A DNA stretch of 64,000 bases, from assembly GCA_039096225.1 (NCBI GenBank), contig JBBPEB010000015.1:1736001-1800000 (forward strand), given 5' to 3'. This document shows, in pieces, positions 1-15,215 of the stretch. The position numbers were made by a program, and so were the translations under genes. A model generated the notes under the pieces. The model saw nothing but the letters and a program-made list of their open reading frames with translations. It was not told the origin of the DNA and did no database searches. This DNA comes from Blastocystis sp. Blastoise (lineage: Eukaryota > Protista > Bigyra: Opalinata). Numbering within the stretch: the first letter of the stretch is position 1; each line of letters begins with the position of its first letter.

Positions 1-184
1 TGCATATATAAAGAAATCTAAGCAATTGAAAAATAAGTAACTAAATAAAATAAGAAACGAAATATCCTTCACAACATTTATTCTAATAAATGACGAAATA
101 AGATTTAAATTAAATAGTATGTGAATATTAGCATTATAATACGATAAATGCGATATGATAGAAACAAATAGAACACAGATATTT

Positions 185-2628
185 TTATTTTCGTTGAAAA
201 TATCGAACGGGTCGTCTTTTATGTTTGTGTTCGGGATCTATAATATGTAAAAGTCCTGAGATTAATAATAATTTTTGTTTTTTAGTTTGGATTTTCTTGA
301 ATTTTGATGTTTTACAGTTGAAATGCGATAAAATAGACTGATTTGGTAGTTCAATATTTGGTAATTTAAGGAAATAACGAATAGATTGTTGAATTTGAGT
401 TGAATGATTCCTGGAGGAAGAACGTGAACAACATGGAGATGCTTTAGAGATATTTTGTGGATCATATGATGGTTGTATATCTAAGAATTGAAAGAAACAG
501 AGAATAAAAGTGAAATGAATATATATATATATTATTATTTATTTGATTTATACGTTGTTGAGATAAACAATTATTTGATTGTAATGGTTGATTTATAAGT
601 GATGAAATAGATAAATCATATTTAATTTGAATATGATTTTTAAGTGTTAAATTGTCTAAAGATGTTTTTATCCATAAAGGTAATACAGAACCAATAACAA
701 CAATGCATTTACATAAGAAACATTTTGATTGGATAATATCAATAAATAGATTCATAGCCTTGGTTGTGAATGAAAACACTATATTAATGTATAATATTAT
801 ATATATTCATAGAATAGACTATAATTATGTTATAAAAAGAATATATGAATATAAATAATTTATAATTTATATATACAATTCATTTTTAATTGTTTCATAT
901 GTAAATAAACATTCGATGTATAGGGTCGTTGATCAAAATCAATAGAAATAGTAGATAAAGATTCTATATATATATATATATTAATTTAACTTTAAAATAT
1001 GTTATAAAAGTAATATTCTTCTGCTAAGCAAATAAAAAAAAAATATATATATATACGCATCAAAACGATGCAATCAACTTTAATTGAAAGACGTTTATAA
1101 GAACAAAAAAAAGATTCCAAGTCATAATCACCTATAATATTATATATATAATAATCTTTATATAATATACAATCAATATGTAATGATCCATTTAAGAATG
1201 TTGTATTATTAAAGAATAAATTACTTAATTGAGCTATATATATGGAATTATTTTTATAAATGAATACTAAAAAAAATAAATAATTATATTAATCATATAT
1301 ATACCAGAAATTTGACAACGTAATTGATTTGTATCCGTACAAATAGGAAATTGGATCTAATAATATTTAACGAAAGCTTATTAATAATAATAATAAATAG
1401 AAAAAAAAATGAAGAATATTATAAATTGTATAGAATATATTATATATAAATATAGCATACAATTACGGCAAATAAATCAAATGAAGTTTTATATTTATAT
1501 TGAATTAGTTCATATAGCGGTATAGCCGTATTCAACAAATTACATTCAAAATCAAAGAATAATAAAGTCATTATATCTAGACATTTCATTTGCTTCTATA
1601 ATATATATATAATACTTATAATATATAAAGCTATTATGAATGATCTTCTGATAGAAGTATATATATTTTTAATATCATCATATAACGAACAATTATTAAT
1701 AAGTATAATAATATATAATATTATACAAATAATAATTATTGTTATTCTATTATATATACTTTAAGATCACTTTTTATATCATTTAAACAACTTGATTTTG
1801 ATACTATAACTTTATATACTTCACTTGTTTTTATATTTACACAACGTAATTTAATCTATTCAAAAGTATAGAATAAAATTTAATTTAATCAATATATATA
1901 TACACTAAATTATAAAAAAAAATAGTTTATCGAATAATGATAATTATATAAAAACAAGTATAAAACATAATAAATAGAAATACATTTGATATGCATAGTA
2001 GATCTTCTTGACAGCATGTAGAAGGTATTGAGGGTGATGTTGAAGAGAATTGACTACAATACATTATTTTTGAATGTTGTTTAGAAGATTTATCTATGGA
2101 TTCTGCTATTCCTGGAGGTTCAACTATATTATTATAAAGAAAATTTATTTATACAGTTATTCAGATATATAATATTATATATATATATAAAATAATTAAA
2201 TAAATAAAATTATTAACTATTATCAATAATAGTATATAGTTTTCAGATTCATTGAGTTTAATATATAATTATAAAATAATGGTTCAAAATATATATATAT
2301 ATATACTAATTCCCATGGGACAATGAGTTTTTCTATATTCATAAAAAAGTAGATAATTTTCTTTTGAAAGAGGAAAACATAAACTTGAAAAATCGGTAGA
2401 TACAGTCTATAATGATGTATATATGTAGTTATATATATATAGAAATTTTATAATTAATAATATTACTATTTAAACTTTAAAAAACAATAAATAATCAAAA
2501 GAAATATTGTATATAAATATACATTAAAGATTGACTGGTATAATGTTTGTATTTTTGTTAGGAAATCTATATATAATATATTCTATTAATAAAGTAAAAA
2601 TATGTTAAATAAATATAAATAAATGTAA

Positions 2629-2668
<40 letters not shown>

Positions 2669-2689
2669 AAATAAATAATAAATAAATAA

Positions 2690-2729
<40 letters not shown>

Positions 2730-5070
2730 AAATAAATAAATATAAATATAAAAAATGCCTTCAGTTCGAATATTGAATTTATTCGAGTCAATTACAGTAC
2801 AATCTTCAAGAGTAATATTTTTATCTGTCTCGCAAAAAGAAGGTTTTTTTACATATTCATTATAAATAAATACAGTAAACATATAGAAAACACTATTTTG
2901 ACAAGGTTTAATATTAAAAGAATTATATAATGTTTTTAAAATATCCTTAGGTAAGAGTTGAAAAGAAATATTTTTATATTTCATAAACCATATACAATGT
3001 ATACAAAGAACATGATTTTCAGAGTCTTTACAATTACAACTTAATGTTTTTTCAGGAATATACTGAATTTGTTGAATTAATGACGATATTCGATCTTGAA
3101 TATAATATATAGAATTTGTTTCATATAAAATATGATATTGTTTATAAGGACATGTTTGTAATAGAATTTCAATAGAATAAGGGAGAGAATAATAAGTATA
3201 ACAATCTAATTCATTTATTTTCATTAGACTAATATGCATATTATGATAGAAGAAAGGAAAATATGCAAGAGGTGATTTCTTTATTGTTCTCAACCAACAT
3301 AAATAATTCTTTTCTTGATAAACATTTTCTAGAATTGATATTTTATAATCACTATAATAAAATCGACAAAAAGAATGATCACAAGAATTTAAATAATCAA
3401 TTAATGTAGACATCATATTATTGGTTATTCCAGGAAGAGAAGGAAGAGAAGGAAGACTAGCAGAATTAGAAGGATTAGAAAGATTAGAAGGATTAGAAGG
3501 ATTAGAAGGAATAGAAGGATTAGAAGGATTAGAAGGATTAGAAGGATTAGAAGGATTAACAGAATTAACAGAATTAACAATACTAACAGAATTAACAGAA
3601 TTATCAGAATTATCAGAATTAGGAGAAGAATAAAATGTTTTTTGAATGGCATATAAATTATTCATAGCAGATTTAAAAGATGAAGAAATAGAAAAGTTAT
3701 AAAATAATACATTAATTAAATCATTATTTTCTAATTGAGTTGTTTTATACATTAATTTTCGTGCATATATATAATTTAATACATGTATAGAATTATGAAA
3801 AATAGTACTAAAAATATCAATAAAATCAAGAATATTATCCGAATGAAATATATAAGATTCATCTTTATCCATACCTATATTTATATATATATATATTATT
3901 ATTATTATTATACACTATTTCATATATTCATAAATAGTAGAGAAAAAAACAAAATGTATTAAAAACAATATATGTTAATTAATACTTTAAAAAAAAAATG
4001 AAAAAAGAATAAAAAATATATTTATAAATAATAATTCAAATACCATGAGATAGAAGAAAATAGAGAAAGTATTTCCAAGCTTCTTTAGAATTATTCGTTA
4101 AATCAATCATATATCCTAATAAATAAATCTTTTTATATTGTGAAAGAACAAATAAATTATATATATGAAAAGGATCTGTACTTGAACTAGTAATAATATC
4201 TATATAAATTTCATTATTATAAAAAGTCTTCAATTGATTAATAATATCTCTATATATAACAATAGTTCGTAATAAACTATTCTCTTTCTTCTTTGAATAA
4301 ATACAATAATCTATATTATTATTTTGTTTAATTGAATATAACATTGATGGGAACATATAATACCCTTCATCTATTGAACCATATATCCTATCTAATAAAG
4401 TACTTGACCATTGATCCAATAAGGATATAGTACAATTTGGAAACTTTATTCTTCTTTCAAGTTTATATTGACATTGTTCATCAAATGGATCATTTACAAA
4501 TGAATTATAAAATATATTCTCATAATCTGTATATGTTTGATTCTGTTTTATATTACAAATCTTTGCTACTGGTTTTATACCTATTATAAATTATATAGTT
4601 TTATTCTTCATATATATAAACAGAAAGGATATATATAAAATAAAATAACAACATAATAAATGATTTTTAATATATATATATATTAAATATGAATAACAAC
4701 ATAAACAAAAACATACTTTCAGAATTCGGGTTTTGTTGAGAAGGAGCTATATATATAAACAATATATAATGTTTAAAAAAAAAATGAATTTATTAATTAT
4801 ATATTATAACTTACGTTCATGATTATGAGTACAATTGCATGACCATACAATATATGTGCAATCTCTCTTCTTAAAAGCGACTCTAAATGGACAATTAGCT
4901 ACATTGCATTGATAAACCACTGAGGATCCACCTCGTTGCCATACTTGATAGTGATATGTTGTTCTATATCGTTCGAAGTCTAAAGTAAGCTTCGTACGAT
5001 CATCATATTGATCTTTTAATCCAACTCTATTGAGTTCCTCTGATATTCGCTTCGTATCGTCACTACGCAT
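185..5070 (-). CDS. MULE/Mutator transposase-derived protein (~1,080 aa, 14 introns): WRKY/GCM1-like zinc domain, MULE core, SWIM finger
   Basis: Exons splice in frame from ATG 5070 to TAA 185-187. Motifs: YQCNVANCPF...CTHNHE; EIYID...SKEAWKYFL...IFHSD...IFHNSIHVLNYIY; CNCKDSENHVLCIH (2997-3038). One intron needs a GC donor. Confidence 0.75.
3421..3630 (-). repeat. Coding 9-bp tandem repeat encoding (SNP)n/(NSV)n/(SLP)n
   Basis: gaaggatta/acagaatta units inside the large exon of the MULE-derived gene. Confidence 0.9.
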
Positions 5071-5920
5071 ACAATTTTATATATAAATATATAAACAAAA
5101 TAATGAAAAGAAGATCGACAACAAACGACTGAGAGATTGAAAATTAAAAAAAAATATATTCTTTTATTTTATAATTAAGGAATGAAAATGATTTGAAATT
5201 GTGATATTCTGAATTTACTTTAATAGATTCGAGAATTAATGTATGATTTTTATGTTCATTCATCAATCATGTTGATTAATCAAGTTGATTATTGTGTATG
5301 ATCAAATAAATTCTTGTTCTTCCATGTTAAAATGATGTTTCTAACAATGATTTAAATTGTTTTTAGCTGAAATTCAAATACAAATATTTAATTAGATTAG
5401 TTTATTATGGTATGAAGTTAATAAGGGTGTTTATAGAGACAGTTGAAATTATATTTATTTATTTGATCAAATTTAAGATTTCTTCATAAGTTTATGAATA
5501 GAAAAACTCTTTAAATTATGTAATTTACCATTTTCTGTTGTTTAAAAGTATAAAATGAGTTATTTTTTCATGTATAACATATTTAATGTTGTCAAGAGTG
5601 GTTTATTTGTTGAGAAACTCCATAAACATGATATTTGATAGCAATTTATTTATTAAAATAATCTGTGTATATCTTTGAATATAAATTATATAAATACTGA
5701 GCAATAATTTTATTTTTCATTTATAAAGAACAGTTCACAAAAATTTATAAATATTAAATAATAAAATATATAAATTGGCAAAAAGAAAAGAAAAGAAGAA
5801 AAGAATATGTAGAAAAAATAATTATAGTATATAAATATATTATATATAGTTTCTTAAAGAGAGAAACAAATGTATAATAACTAAAAAAAAATAAAAAAAT
5901 TTTAAAAGAAAATGAATAAT

Positions 5921-6564
5921 TTACACAAGTTGAAGAAATCCTTGTCGAACATGAATAACAAACGAAGATAAATTATTCGTTTGTTGAAGACTGGCTTCCA
6001 GTTTATCTAAATCTGAGATCATAGGTATACAGTTCATTACTATATAAGATATATATATTTTTTGATAATCCATAATATAATAACAATAATAGAATAATAA
6101 AAAATATAAAATAATAAAGAATATAAAATTAAAAAATAATAATAATAAAGAATATTTAAAAAAATAAAAATAATTCATATATAATAACAATAATAGAATA
6201 ATAAAAAAAAATTATAATAATAATAATAAAATAATAATCCTATATACCCTTCCATTTTCGTTGTTCATCAAGAGATAGAATAATAGAATATTCTTTTTCC
6301 CAATGATTAGGATCAATATATTGAAAAACAATCTTTATACTTTGCATATCTATATATAGATATAGAAAAATATATATATACAAATATTTATAATTGATAC
6401 TAGTTATTAAAAAAGAATATATATATATATAATCTTTGAATATACTTTTTAAATTATTAAATGTAATTCCCAAATAATCTTTAAAATATTTTATACCCAA
6501 AGTTGTATCATTTGTAATCGAATTGATTTCCTCATATAATTCTTGAACTTCTATTTATATATAA

Positions 6565-6596
<32 letters not shown>

Positions 6597-7132
6597 TAAA
6601 AAAAAATAAAATTTTAAACACTTAGTGATTCACTTACTTTTTGTTTCATCAGAAAATGTCTTTTGTTCAACAGCCAAATCCTTTTCGTATTGTTCATATT
6701 CTTTATTATATTCATCATATTCTTTCTACATGAAATCAAAGACAATAAAACAATTAAAAAAACTTTGAAAAAAAATACTTTCACAACCAATAACTGTTCT
6801 TGATATAAATTAATTTCTTCCTTGTGCTGCTTATTAACTATAAATCATCAAGATCTCATAGACATATTATATATATTTGTATACGTTGTTCTTTTCTTTC
6901 ATTATCTGTTTGAAGATCATTTGATTGATTTTTAAGTTTATTTATAGTCTCTATATATAGAATGCAATATTCAAGATATTATTTAATTGTACATACCTTT
7001 AAGAGAACTGATTCTATCAATCATTGTTGATTCATAAACGTTGAAATCAGAAATCTGTCTTTCAATAAACGTATTAAATTGAAGCTCAATGTCCTGAACT
7101 TTAACTTCGATTGCTTTTGATATATTTTCCAT
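5921..7132 (-). CDS. SPC25: Kinetochore Ndc80-complex subunit Spc25
   Basis: N-terminal coiled coil, then YFKDYLGITF...IKIVFQYIDPNHWEKEYSI...VMNCIPM...TNNLSSFVIHVRQGF; six GT-AG introns splice in frame. Confidence 0.85.
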
Positions 7133-7283
7133 CTTAGGTGGCTTTATTTAAAAAATGATTTTTTTTTTATTCTTGTTTTATTCAGCTACTTTCAGATTTC
7201 TTCATACGAAACAAAGAAAAGACTAAAGAATTAAGTTATTTTTTCTAGTATATAGAGCATTTCTTTATTTGTTTAATTTAGTG

Positions 7284-10200
7284 ATGTTTAAGAAAGTTGT
7301 ATGTGATGAATTAAACTATATATTGATCTTATTATCTATAGTTAAATCAGTTTACTTCATGGAAAGACCAGATCTTGGATATTAAATCGAATTTAACAAT
7401 TCAGAATTGTGAAGAATTAGTATATAAGCGCTTGATAGTAGTATAAATTAAAATATATATATAGAACAAAAAGTTTATGTTGATTAATGACGATTATTCC
7501 AATGTTTTATGTCCAAAGATTGAAAAGTTTAAAAAGAATGCAGATGAGACTGATCCTGATAAGAAATTATATGGTCCTGAGATGATTCAAAAAGTATTTT
7601 TATTATTTTTCTTTTGAAATATATATATATAATTTATATCATATACAAATACTTATTTTGTTTTAATTTTTTTTTTTATTATTTTAGGTGAATGCATTGT
7701 ATGCAGAATATTCTGAGTTATTGCCTGTTTATGAAGAATTGAAGCAATCTTTAGAAGCATTAACAGAACAGAAGAAGAAAGAAGAAGAAACCAAACAAAG
7801 AGAAGAAGAAGAGAAAAAACGAAAAGAAGAAGAAGAAAAGAAAAAGCAAGAAATGATACAAAAAGAGATAGAAGAAAAGAAACGAAAAGAAGAAGAGGAG
7901 CAAAGACGTAAGGAAGAAGAAAATAAGAAACAAATAGAATTAGAACATAGAAAAGAAGAAGAAGAACATAAACGTAAGATGGAGATGGAATGTCGAAAAA
8001 TAAGAAAATTAGAAACAGATAAATATCAAGAAAATGAGAAAAAGAAAGCAGAATTAAAAGCTCAAGAGATTCTGATGAATATAAGGAAACAAAAAGAATT
8101 AAAGAATCAACAAAATGGTGTTTCTATATTCAATAATAATAATACAATTAATTTTTCATCTATACCATCTGAAATACCTTCTACTATGAATAATCAAGTG
8201 AATTCAAATAATATTAATAATAATAGTAAAGAATCATCTAATAAAGATAAAGATATTGATATAGATATAGATACAAAAGAATTAGAAGATCAATTAGTAA
8301 AATCTCGAGAAGAAGAAAAGAATCGTAAGAAAATAGAACAAGAAGAAAGAGAACGAAAGATAAAAGAACGTATTGAAATGTTTAAACGAGTAAAAGAAGA
8401 ACGATTACGTAAAGAAAATGAAGAGAATGAAAAACAAATTAAACAACCTTTAATTAGTAGTGATAGTAAGAAGGGTATAGAAAATATGAATAATAAGAAT
8501 AAGGGTGTGGAAAATATGAATAATAAGAATAAGGGTGTGGAAAATAATAAGAATAATAATGAAAATAATAAGAATAATAATGAAAATACTAATAATAAGA
8601 ATAATAATACTAATAATAATAATAATACTAATAATAATACACTAGAAGATGAAGATGCTGAATTGCAAGCAGTTCTTGCTCAATCTATGATGGAATATCA
8701 AGAAGATAATCAAACTAATCCTAAAGAAACACAAAGAACACAATTAGGAGATGTTTCAATATCGAATTCTATAAAGAATCAAGAGATTGATGACGAACTT
8801 GATCCTGAATTGTTAGAAGCACAAAAGTTATCTATGCTAGAATATATACAAGAAGATGAAAAAGAAAAAGAAGAAGAAATGTTTGATATTCATAAAATTA
8901 AAGGCATTCAACGATATAAAAAGGTATATTGATATTTTTTGTTATGCATATATATTATATATATATTTATATATTTATATAGGAAGAAGATAAAGATAAA
9001 TCTGAAGACTCTCTATCTTATTGTGTATATAGATAAATAATTATTAATATATATAAATGTATATAGATTTACTCATTAAGTTCTGTAATTGATTATATAA
9101 ATGTAATTCATTCATTAAGTACTGAATATACAGTAGTTTTATGGGGTTCTTCATATAGTGATCTTTCAAGGTATATATATATATATATATATATTAGGAA
9201 TCATTTTTAGTATTATTTTTTTTTTTATATAAATATATATAATTAATTCACATATTTATAAATATACAATTATATAAAGACAATTATTATTTCTCTAGAG
9301 AATCATTGAATCAATTTATTGCTTTATCTATATCTCATCCTGAGTATATATATTTATATATTGATGTTACCCTGTTTCCTACTTTATGTTTCTCTCAAAA
9401 AATCACAATTCTTCCTATTTTATTTGTATATACAAAAGGAATTATGAATAAATATATATATATTGATTATAAAGATCAATTAGATTCTATTCTTAAAGAT
9501 ACTAAAGATACAAATGTATATAATTATATATTATGTTTTTTTGTATTTTTTTTTGTTATTTATGTTTATATATTTATATATTTATATATTTATGTTATTT
9601 ATATTATTTATTTATTTATATTATTTATGTTATTTATTACCTTAACTATATATAGACACCCTTACTAGTTCCTCTTCCATCTACATCCTGTATATATCCT
9701 ATATATATTTCTATTAATAATCATAATTATTCTTAATATTTACTATTATATATAGTATCTATATTACCTTCTCCTTCAAGTGAAGAGCGTGAAGAGCCCG
9801 CCACAGTTACCGCCATTCAAGATCAACTTTTGAATATAATCGCTGAAGCTACTGATGAACAAGAACGTCTTACGGTTATTTCTGTATATATATTATATAT
9901 TTTATAGTATATTATAATATATATTTATTTTTTATTAATATGATTATTATCCATATATAGACATTTTCAAAGATATTTTCGAATATTCTGAAAGATCCGA
10001 ATGAACCGAAATATAAACGTATTCCTATCGCCTCAAAAGCATTCCAGAAAATAAATACATTGTAAATAGATTATATATATATTATTTAATATTTTTTTAA
10101 GCTAAAAGTATCATTATTTTATATATTTGATTATATATATCATTTAACTTAATTCTTTATATAAATTATTATTATTATAATAGTGATTCTATCTCTATAA

Positions 10201-11007
10201 TTATACACATAGTTCTTCTACTCATTCTATCATGGAAACCTCAGGATTTCAAAAGATTACCATAGAGAATAAACAGTATTATCAATTACCTGCAGGAATA
10301 GTAAATGTTGAATTATTTAAAGATATTGTCCGTCTTCTTAATGAAGCTAAAGGTATATATATATATTATTTTATTTTTTTATATATATAATATTATATTT
10401 GTTTATATAGTTACTCTACAAAAGAAAGATAATATTGAATCCATGTATATATATAATTATTATATATAATTATATATATAATTATAGATCAGCATCAAAA
10501 ATAATACCTACATTTGATTATTGTATATAAACCATATATAATATATATTATATAATATATATTATATAATATATATAGCTATGCTTTCACCTGATCAGCA
10601 ATCATCATTATTAGAAGATACTGATTTCATCGAATTTATTAATTATCTTCTTTCTCCTGAAATAATGCCTATTTTTATGAAATTCAATAATGCAGGTATA
10701 TTTTTATACTTTATAGATATATAATTTATAATATACATATTTGCTTATAATCAATCTTTTTTTAAATATATTTATATATATAATAGCTAATACTAATGGT
10801 ATTGCTTCTTTAATGTCAGATCCTGATATTCAGTTACTTGTATCAAATCCTATATTTTTAAAAGGAACATTCAAAGTCAGAAATAATCCACAATATCAAG
10901 AAATATTTAAAACTATTGTTTCTCGTATATATATATATATATAATTATAATTATAATAATTATAAATATAATTATCCTCTTTCTATATAGATGCCTTCAT
11001 GTTTTAA
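7284..11007 (+). CDS. Coiled-coil, 2xUIM, thioredoxin-like, PUB and STI1-like multidomain protein
   Basis: UIMs EDEDAELQAVLAQSMME and DPELLEAQKLSMLEY; Trx-like YTVVLWGSSYSDLSR...YLYIDV...ITILPILFVY; PUB KIFSNILKDPNEPKYKRI...SGFQ; LMSDPDIQLLVSNP; GT-AG introns. Confidence 0.75.
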
Positions 11008-11341
11008 ATATATTTATATAAATATATTTTCAGTGTAATTTAGTCTTCAACAAATTAATTCTTTTTTGTTTCTATATTATTATCATGCTTATTTTGTTTT
11101 GTTTTTTATATGTATTATTTATCATATATAAAAGTGAATAATAGATTTTGATAATTATTAAAATTATTACGAAAAAAACAAGGTATAAAAACATTATTTT
11201 TAACATAGATTAACAATTAATATAGAAAAAAAGTTTTTTTCGAATATAAAATAAAACATATCATTGAATATATAATAAAAAGTATAATTTAAATAACAAA
11301 AAGAAAGTTAATAAATTAATATATTTATAAGCAAACAATAT

Positions 11342-11394
<53 letters not shown>

Positions 11395-11404
11395 ATATAT
11401 ATAT

Positions 11405-12833
11405 TTATCTACGTCTAGACTCTCTATATCGATCTCTGTCCATAGGTACACCAGGTCTAGATCCCATCATGGCCATTCTTCTCTCTTCTTCTCTTTGACG
11501 ATAACGACGCTCCTCAGCACGACGCATTCTCTCCTCCATCTTAGCCTTCTTTAAAGCTAATCTATATATATAGAGTAATAATGAGAGTATATATTGTTGT
11601 TGTTAGATTATATATTATAAACTATTATATTATATTATATTATATTATATTATATTATATTATATTATATTATAAACTATTATATTATATTATATTATAT
11701 ATACTTAGAACGATCTTTTTTAGGCATATCTTTACGACTCTGACCACGACCACCACCTATATATATATAATATATATAATATATATATTATTATTATATA
11801 TATATATAAATGATAATATAAATATATATACCAAGTCTTCTAGGAATCCAGCTATTTACAGTTCGTCCTCTCTCAACGTCAACCATGATGACGCGTCCAT
11901 TAAAACGGCGGGCATTCATATCCTATATTATATATATATATATATAATAAACAATTTTAAAATCAATATTGTATTAACTATAATATATATATTAAACAAT
12001 TTTAAAAACAATACTTAATTAACTATAATAAACAAATATATATATATATATATACATCATAAGCTCGTTTAAGATCTTTTTCATTTTTAAATTCTACAAA
12101 AGCATAACCGCGAGATTTCCCTTCTAAATCACGTATTATTACAACCTATACATATATGTATATATTGAATAAAAAATTAAAAAATTAAGAATAAAATAAA
12201 AACATAAATAAAAAAAACTTCTAAATTTATTGATAAAACAACATTATGAAAATAATACAAGCATAAATAATAACTTATATACACTAGCAATAGGTCCACA
12301 TCGTTCAAATTCTCTTCTTAATGATTGTTCATCAACATCATAATTCAAATTACCAACAAAAGCAGTTTTAAAAGGATCTCTTGTAGCTTTAGGATTATTC
12401 TTAGGATCCCATGTTTTTCGAAGTTCAATATTTTTTTCTTGATTGGCTACCATTTTTTCAACAAGACGTTGTTTCTTTAATTCAGTAGGATCTGGAATAG
12501 GTTCTACGGGTGCAGGAGTCTCTTTTTCAAACTATAGTTATAATAATAATAAAAACTAGAAAAATAATTTTCTTATTCTGAAAATATAATCATAATGATA
12601 ATAATGGAAACTATTTATAGATTATTAGGAAAGCATACATAAGAAAGATAAGGTCCAACAGGAATGAAATCATAGGCTTCATGAGGTTTCTTATTTGATT
12701 TATATTCAGGAAGATCAACATGAGGGAACAGAGCCTTGATATCTGATGTCATGAAACGAATTGTCGGACCTCCTTTAGCATTAGTTCTATGCAATGTAGG
12801 CAATGTAGAACCAACAGGTAAATCTCCAATCAT
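11405..12833 (-). CDS. SNRNP70: U1 snRNP 70 kDa protein
   Basis: WDPKNNP...DPFKTAFVGNLNY, RRM with SRGYAFVEF, MVDVERGRTVNSWIPRRLGGG; five introns. Confidence 0.95.
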
Positions 12834-13511
12834 AATATATCTACGGAGAAAACAGAAGAAAAAAGAATTAAAAAATTTTTTTTTTTTTGCAAAATTGATT
12901 ATTCTTGATTTTCAAGGTATTATTTGTGTATTGTCGTGATTAAGGAATTATTCTTTTCAAAATCATTTTTATTCTTTTCAAATAAATAGTTAGAATATTC
13001 TCTATAGTCTTGTATATGTTTTATGATGACTAGAATAAATAAAAGTTAAATCCTCAAATAATTCATACTAAAACCCAAAATTTGTGAGTCAAATCTCATG
13101 ATCTCTGTGAGAAAGAACGATTTCTATGGCTTCCATTACTTTGTAATATATTTTTCAATTAAATAAACAATTTTTAAATCAAAATAGTATCGATCAATTG
13201 AAAGATGGAGTCAATACAATGCATTTGTCTCATCTCTTTAAATTCAAACATGATCCTCATCATGAATTTATGAAAATAATAAATGAATAACCAGAATGGT
13301 TTATTATAGAAGACAATAAAGAAAAACAAATAAGAATCGCGGATATTTCTAATTTTTTAAGAAGAACTTCAAAAAACCAAACAAATAAGAACCTTAGTTG
13401 GAAATCCTATTGAAAGTAAGTTTAGTAGAGAATGATGATTGATTTCACTTATTTAGGTTAGGCTTCAGTGTCCATAAGTTTTTTTAATTAAAAAAAAAAA
13501 GGAAATTCAAC

Positions 13512-14413
13512 ATGATTCGAAGAAATATTCGTCTGAGAAAGGATTATCTCTATAGAAAATCTTTAGAAGGGAAGCAGAAGGATGAATATGAAAAGAAGAT
13601 GAAAGTCCGTGATGCTATCGAAAAGGGAAAGAATGTAGCTACTGAATTAAAAGGAGAAGCCGAAGGTTTGAAGCATACTATTGATCTTGAAGATGATCAG
13701 ACTATGAATAAACAACTTGATGATGAATATGCTACTGCAGGTATAAAAGATCCCAAAGTTTGTGTAACTACTTCAAGAGAACCTAGTTCAAGATTAAAAC
13801 AATTTGTTAAAGAAATCAAATTAATTATTCCTAATTCACAACGTATTAACAGAGGTCAAACTAAAATTGAAGAAGTATGTTATATTTAGTAGAGTAACTT
13901 AATATGAATATAATAATAATTTTTTTTCTAAATCTTTTAACTTTTTTTTTCTGTTTGTTTTTGTATATTATATAAAATAATGTTCTTTCTTTATTATATT
14001 ATAAATGTATATATATATATAGTTGGTTCAAGTATGTCGTAGTCAAGAGTATACAGATATAGTAATAGTAGGTGAACATCGGGGTGAACCTGATCAATTA
14101 ATTATTAGTCATCTTCCTTTTGGTCCTACTTGCTATATTTCTTTATATAATACTGTTATGAGACATGATATAGAAGATGTTGGAACTATGAGTGAAGTCT
14201 ATCCTCATCTTATCTTTAATAACTTTACTTCGACACTTGTATATAGTTTGCTATGTTGTTATTTTTATTTTGTTTCTTCTTTTTATTTTATTTATTTTAT
14301 TATTATTATTATTTTTATATTTATTATTATTATTATTTTTATATTTATTTTGTTTTTTTATTATATATATTAAATAATTCTTTTATATCAAGTTTATTCA
14401 TTTTATCTCTCCC

Positions 14414-14482
<69 letters not shown>

Positions 14483-14949
14483 ATCGTGTAGTAAGTATAT
14501 TAAAGTATTTATATCCAGTTCCTAAAGCAGATTCAAAACGTGTTATTAGTTTTGTAAATACCAAGTATATATATATATATATAATTATACTAATTTATTA
14601 TTCTATATTTATTATTATTATTATATATATAGTGATATTATATCATTCAGACATCATAACTTTACTAAAAATCACCAAGAAGTCAATTTAACTGAAGTAT
14701 ATATATATATATATATAATTATCATTATTAATTATCATTATATAATTATCATTATATAATTATCATTATACAATATTAATTATTCAAAAATAGAAATCTT
14801 TTCTAATAAATAAATTTATATAGGTAGGTCCTCGATTTGATATGAGAATCTATAAAATAAAATTAGGAACAGTAGAAATGGAAGATTGTGAAAATGAATA
14901 TGTATATAGACCTTATATGAATACTGCAAAGAAACGACGTTTCCTTTAA
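13512..14949 (+). CDS. IMP4: U3 snoRNP protein Imp4 (Brix domain)
   Basis: MIRRNIRLRKDYLYRKS, DPKVCVTTSREPSSRL, EHRGEPD, HLPFGPT, EVGPRFDM. Confidence 0.95.
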
Positions 14950-15215
14950 ATTTTATTTATATATTCAAATATCTATACTTATAAATCATATAAAGATTAT
15001 ATTTTTTATTTATTCTAAATACGTATTCTTTTATTTCCTTTTCTCTTTTTATTATTGTTTTTTATGTGTTTTTTGTTTCATTTTTGTTTGTTATTTCTTT
15101 TTTTCATGCTTCAATGAATAACAATCTCAAACAATTTATGTATTCTACAAACGAAATACATAAATGAATTCAATTACGTATACAAGAAAAAGAATTAAAT
15201 AATTTTTTTGTAGCA

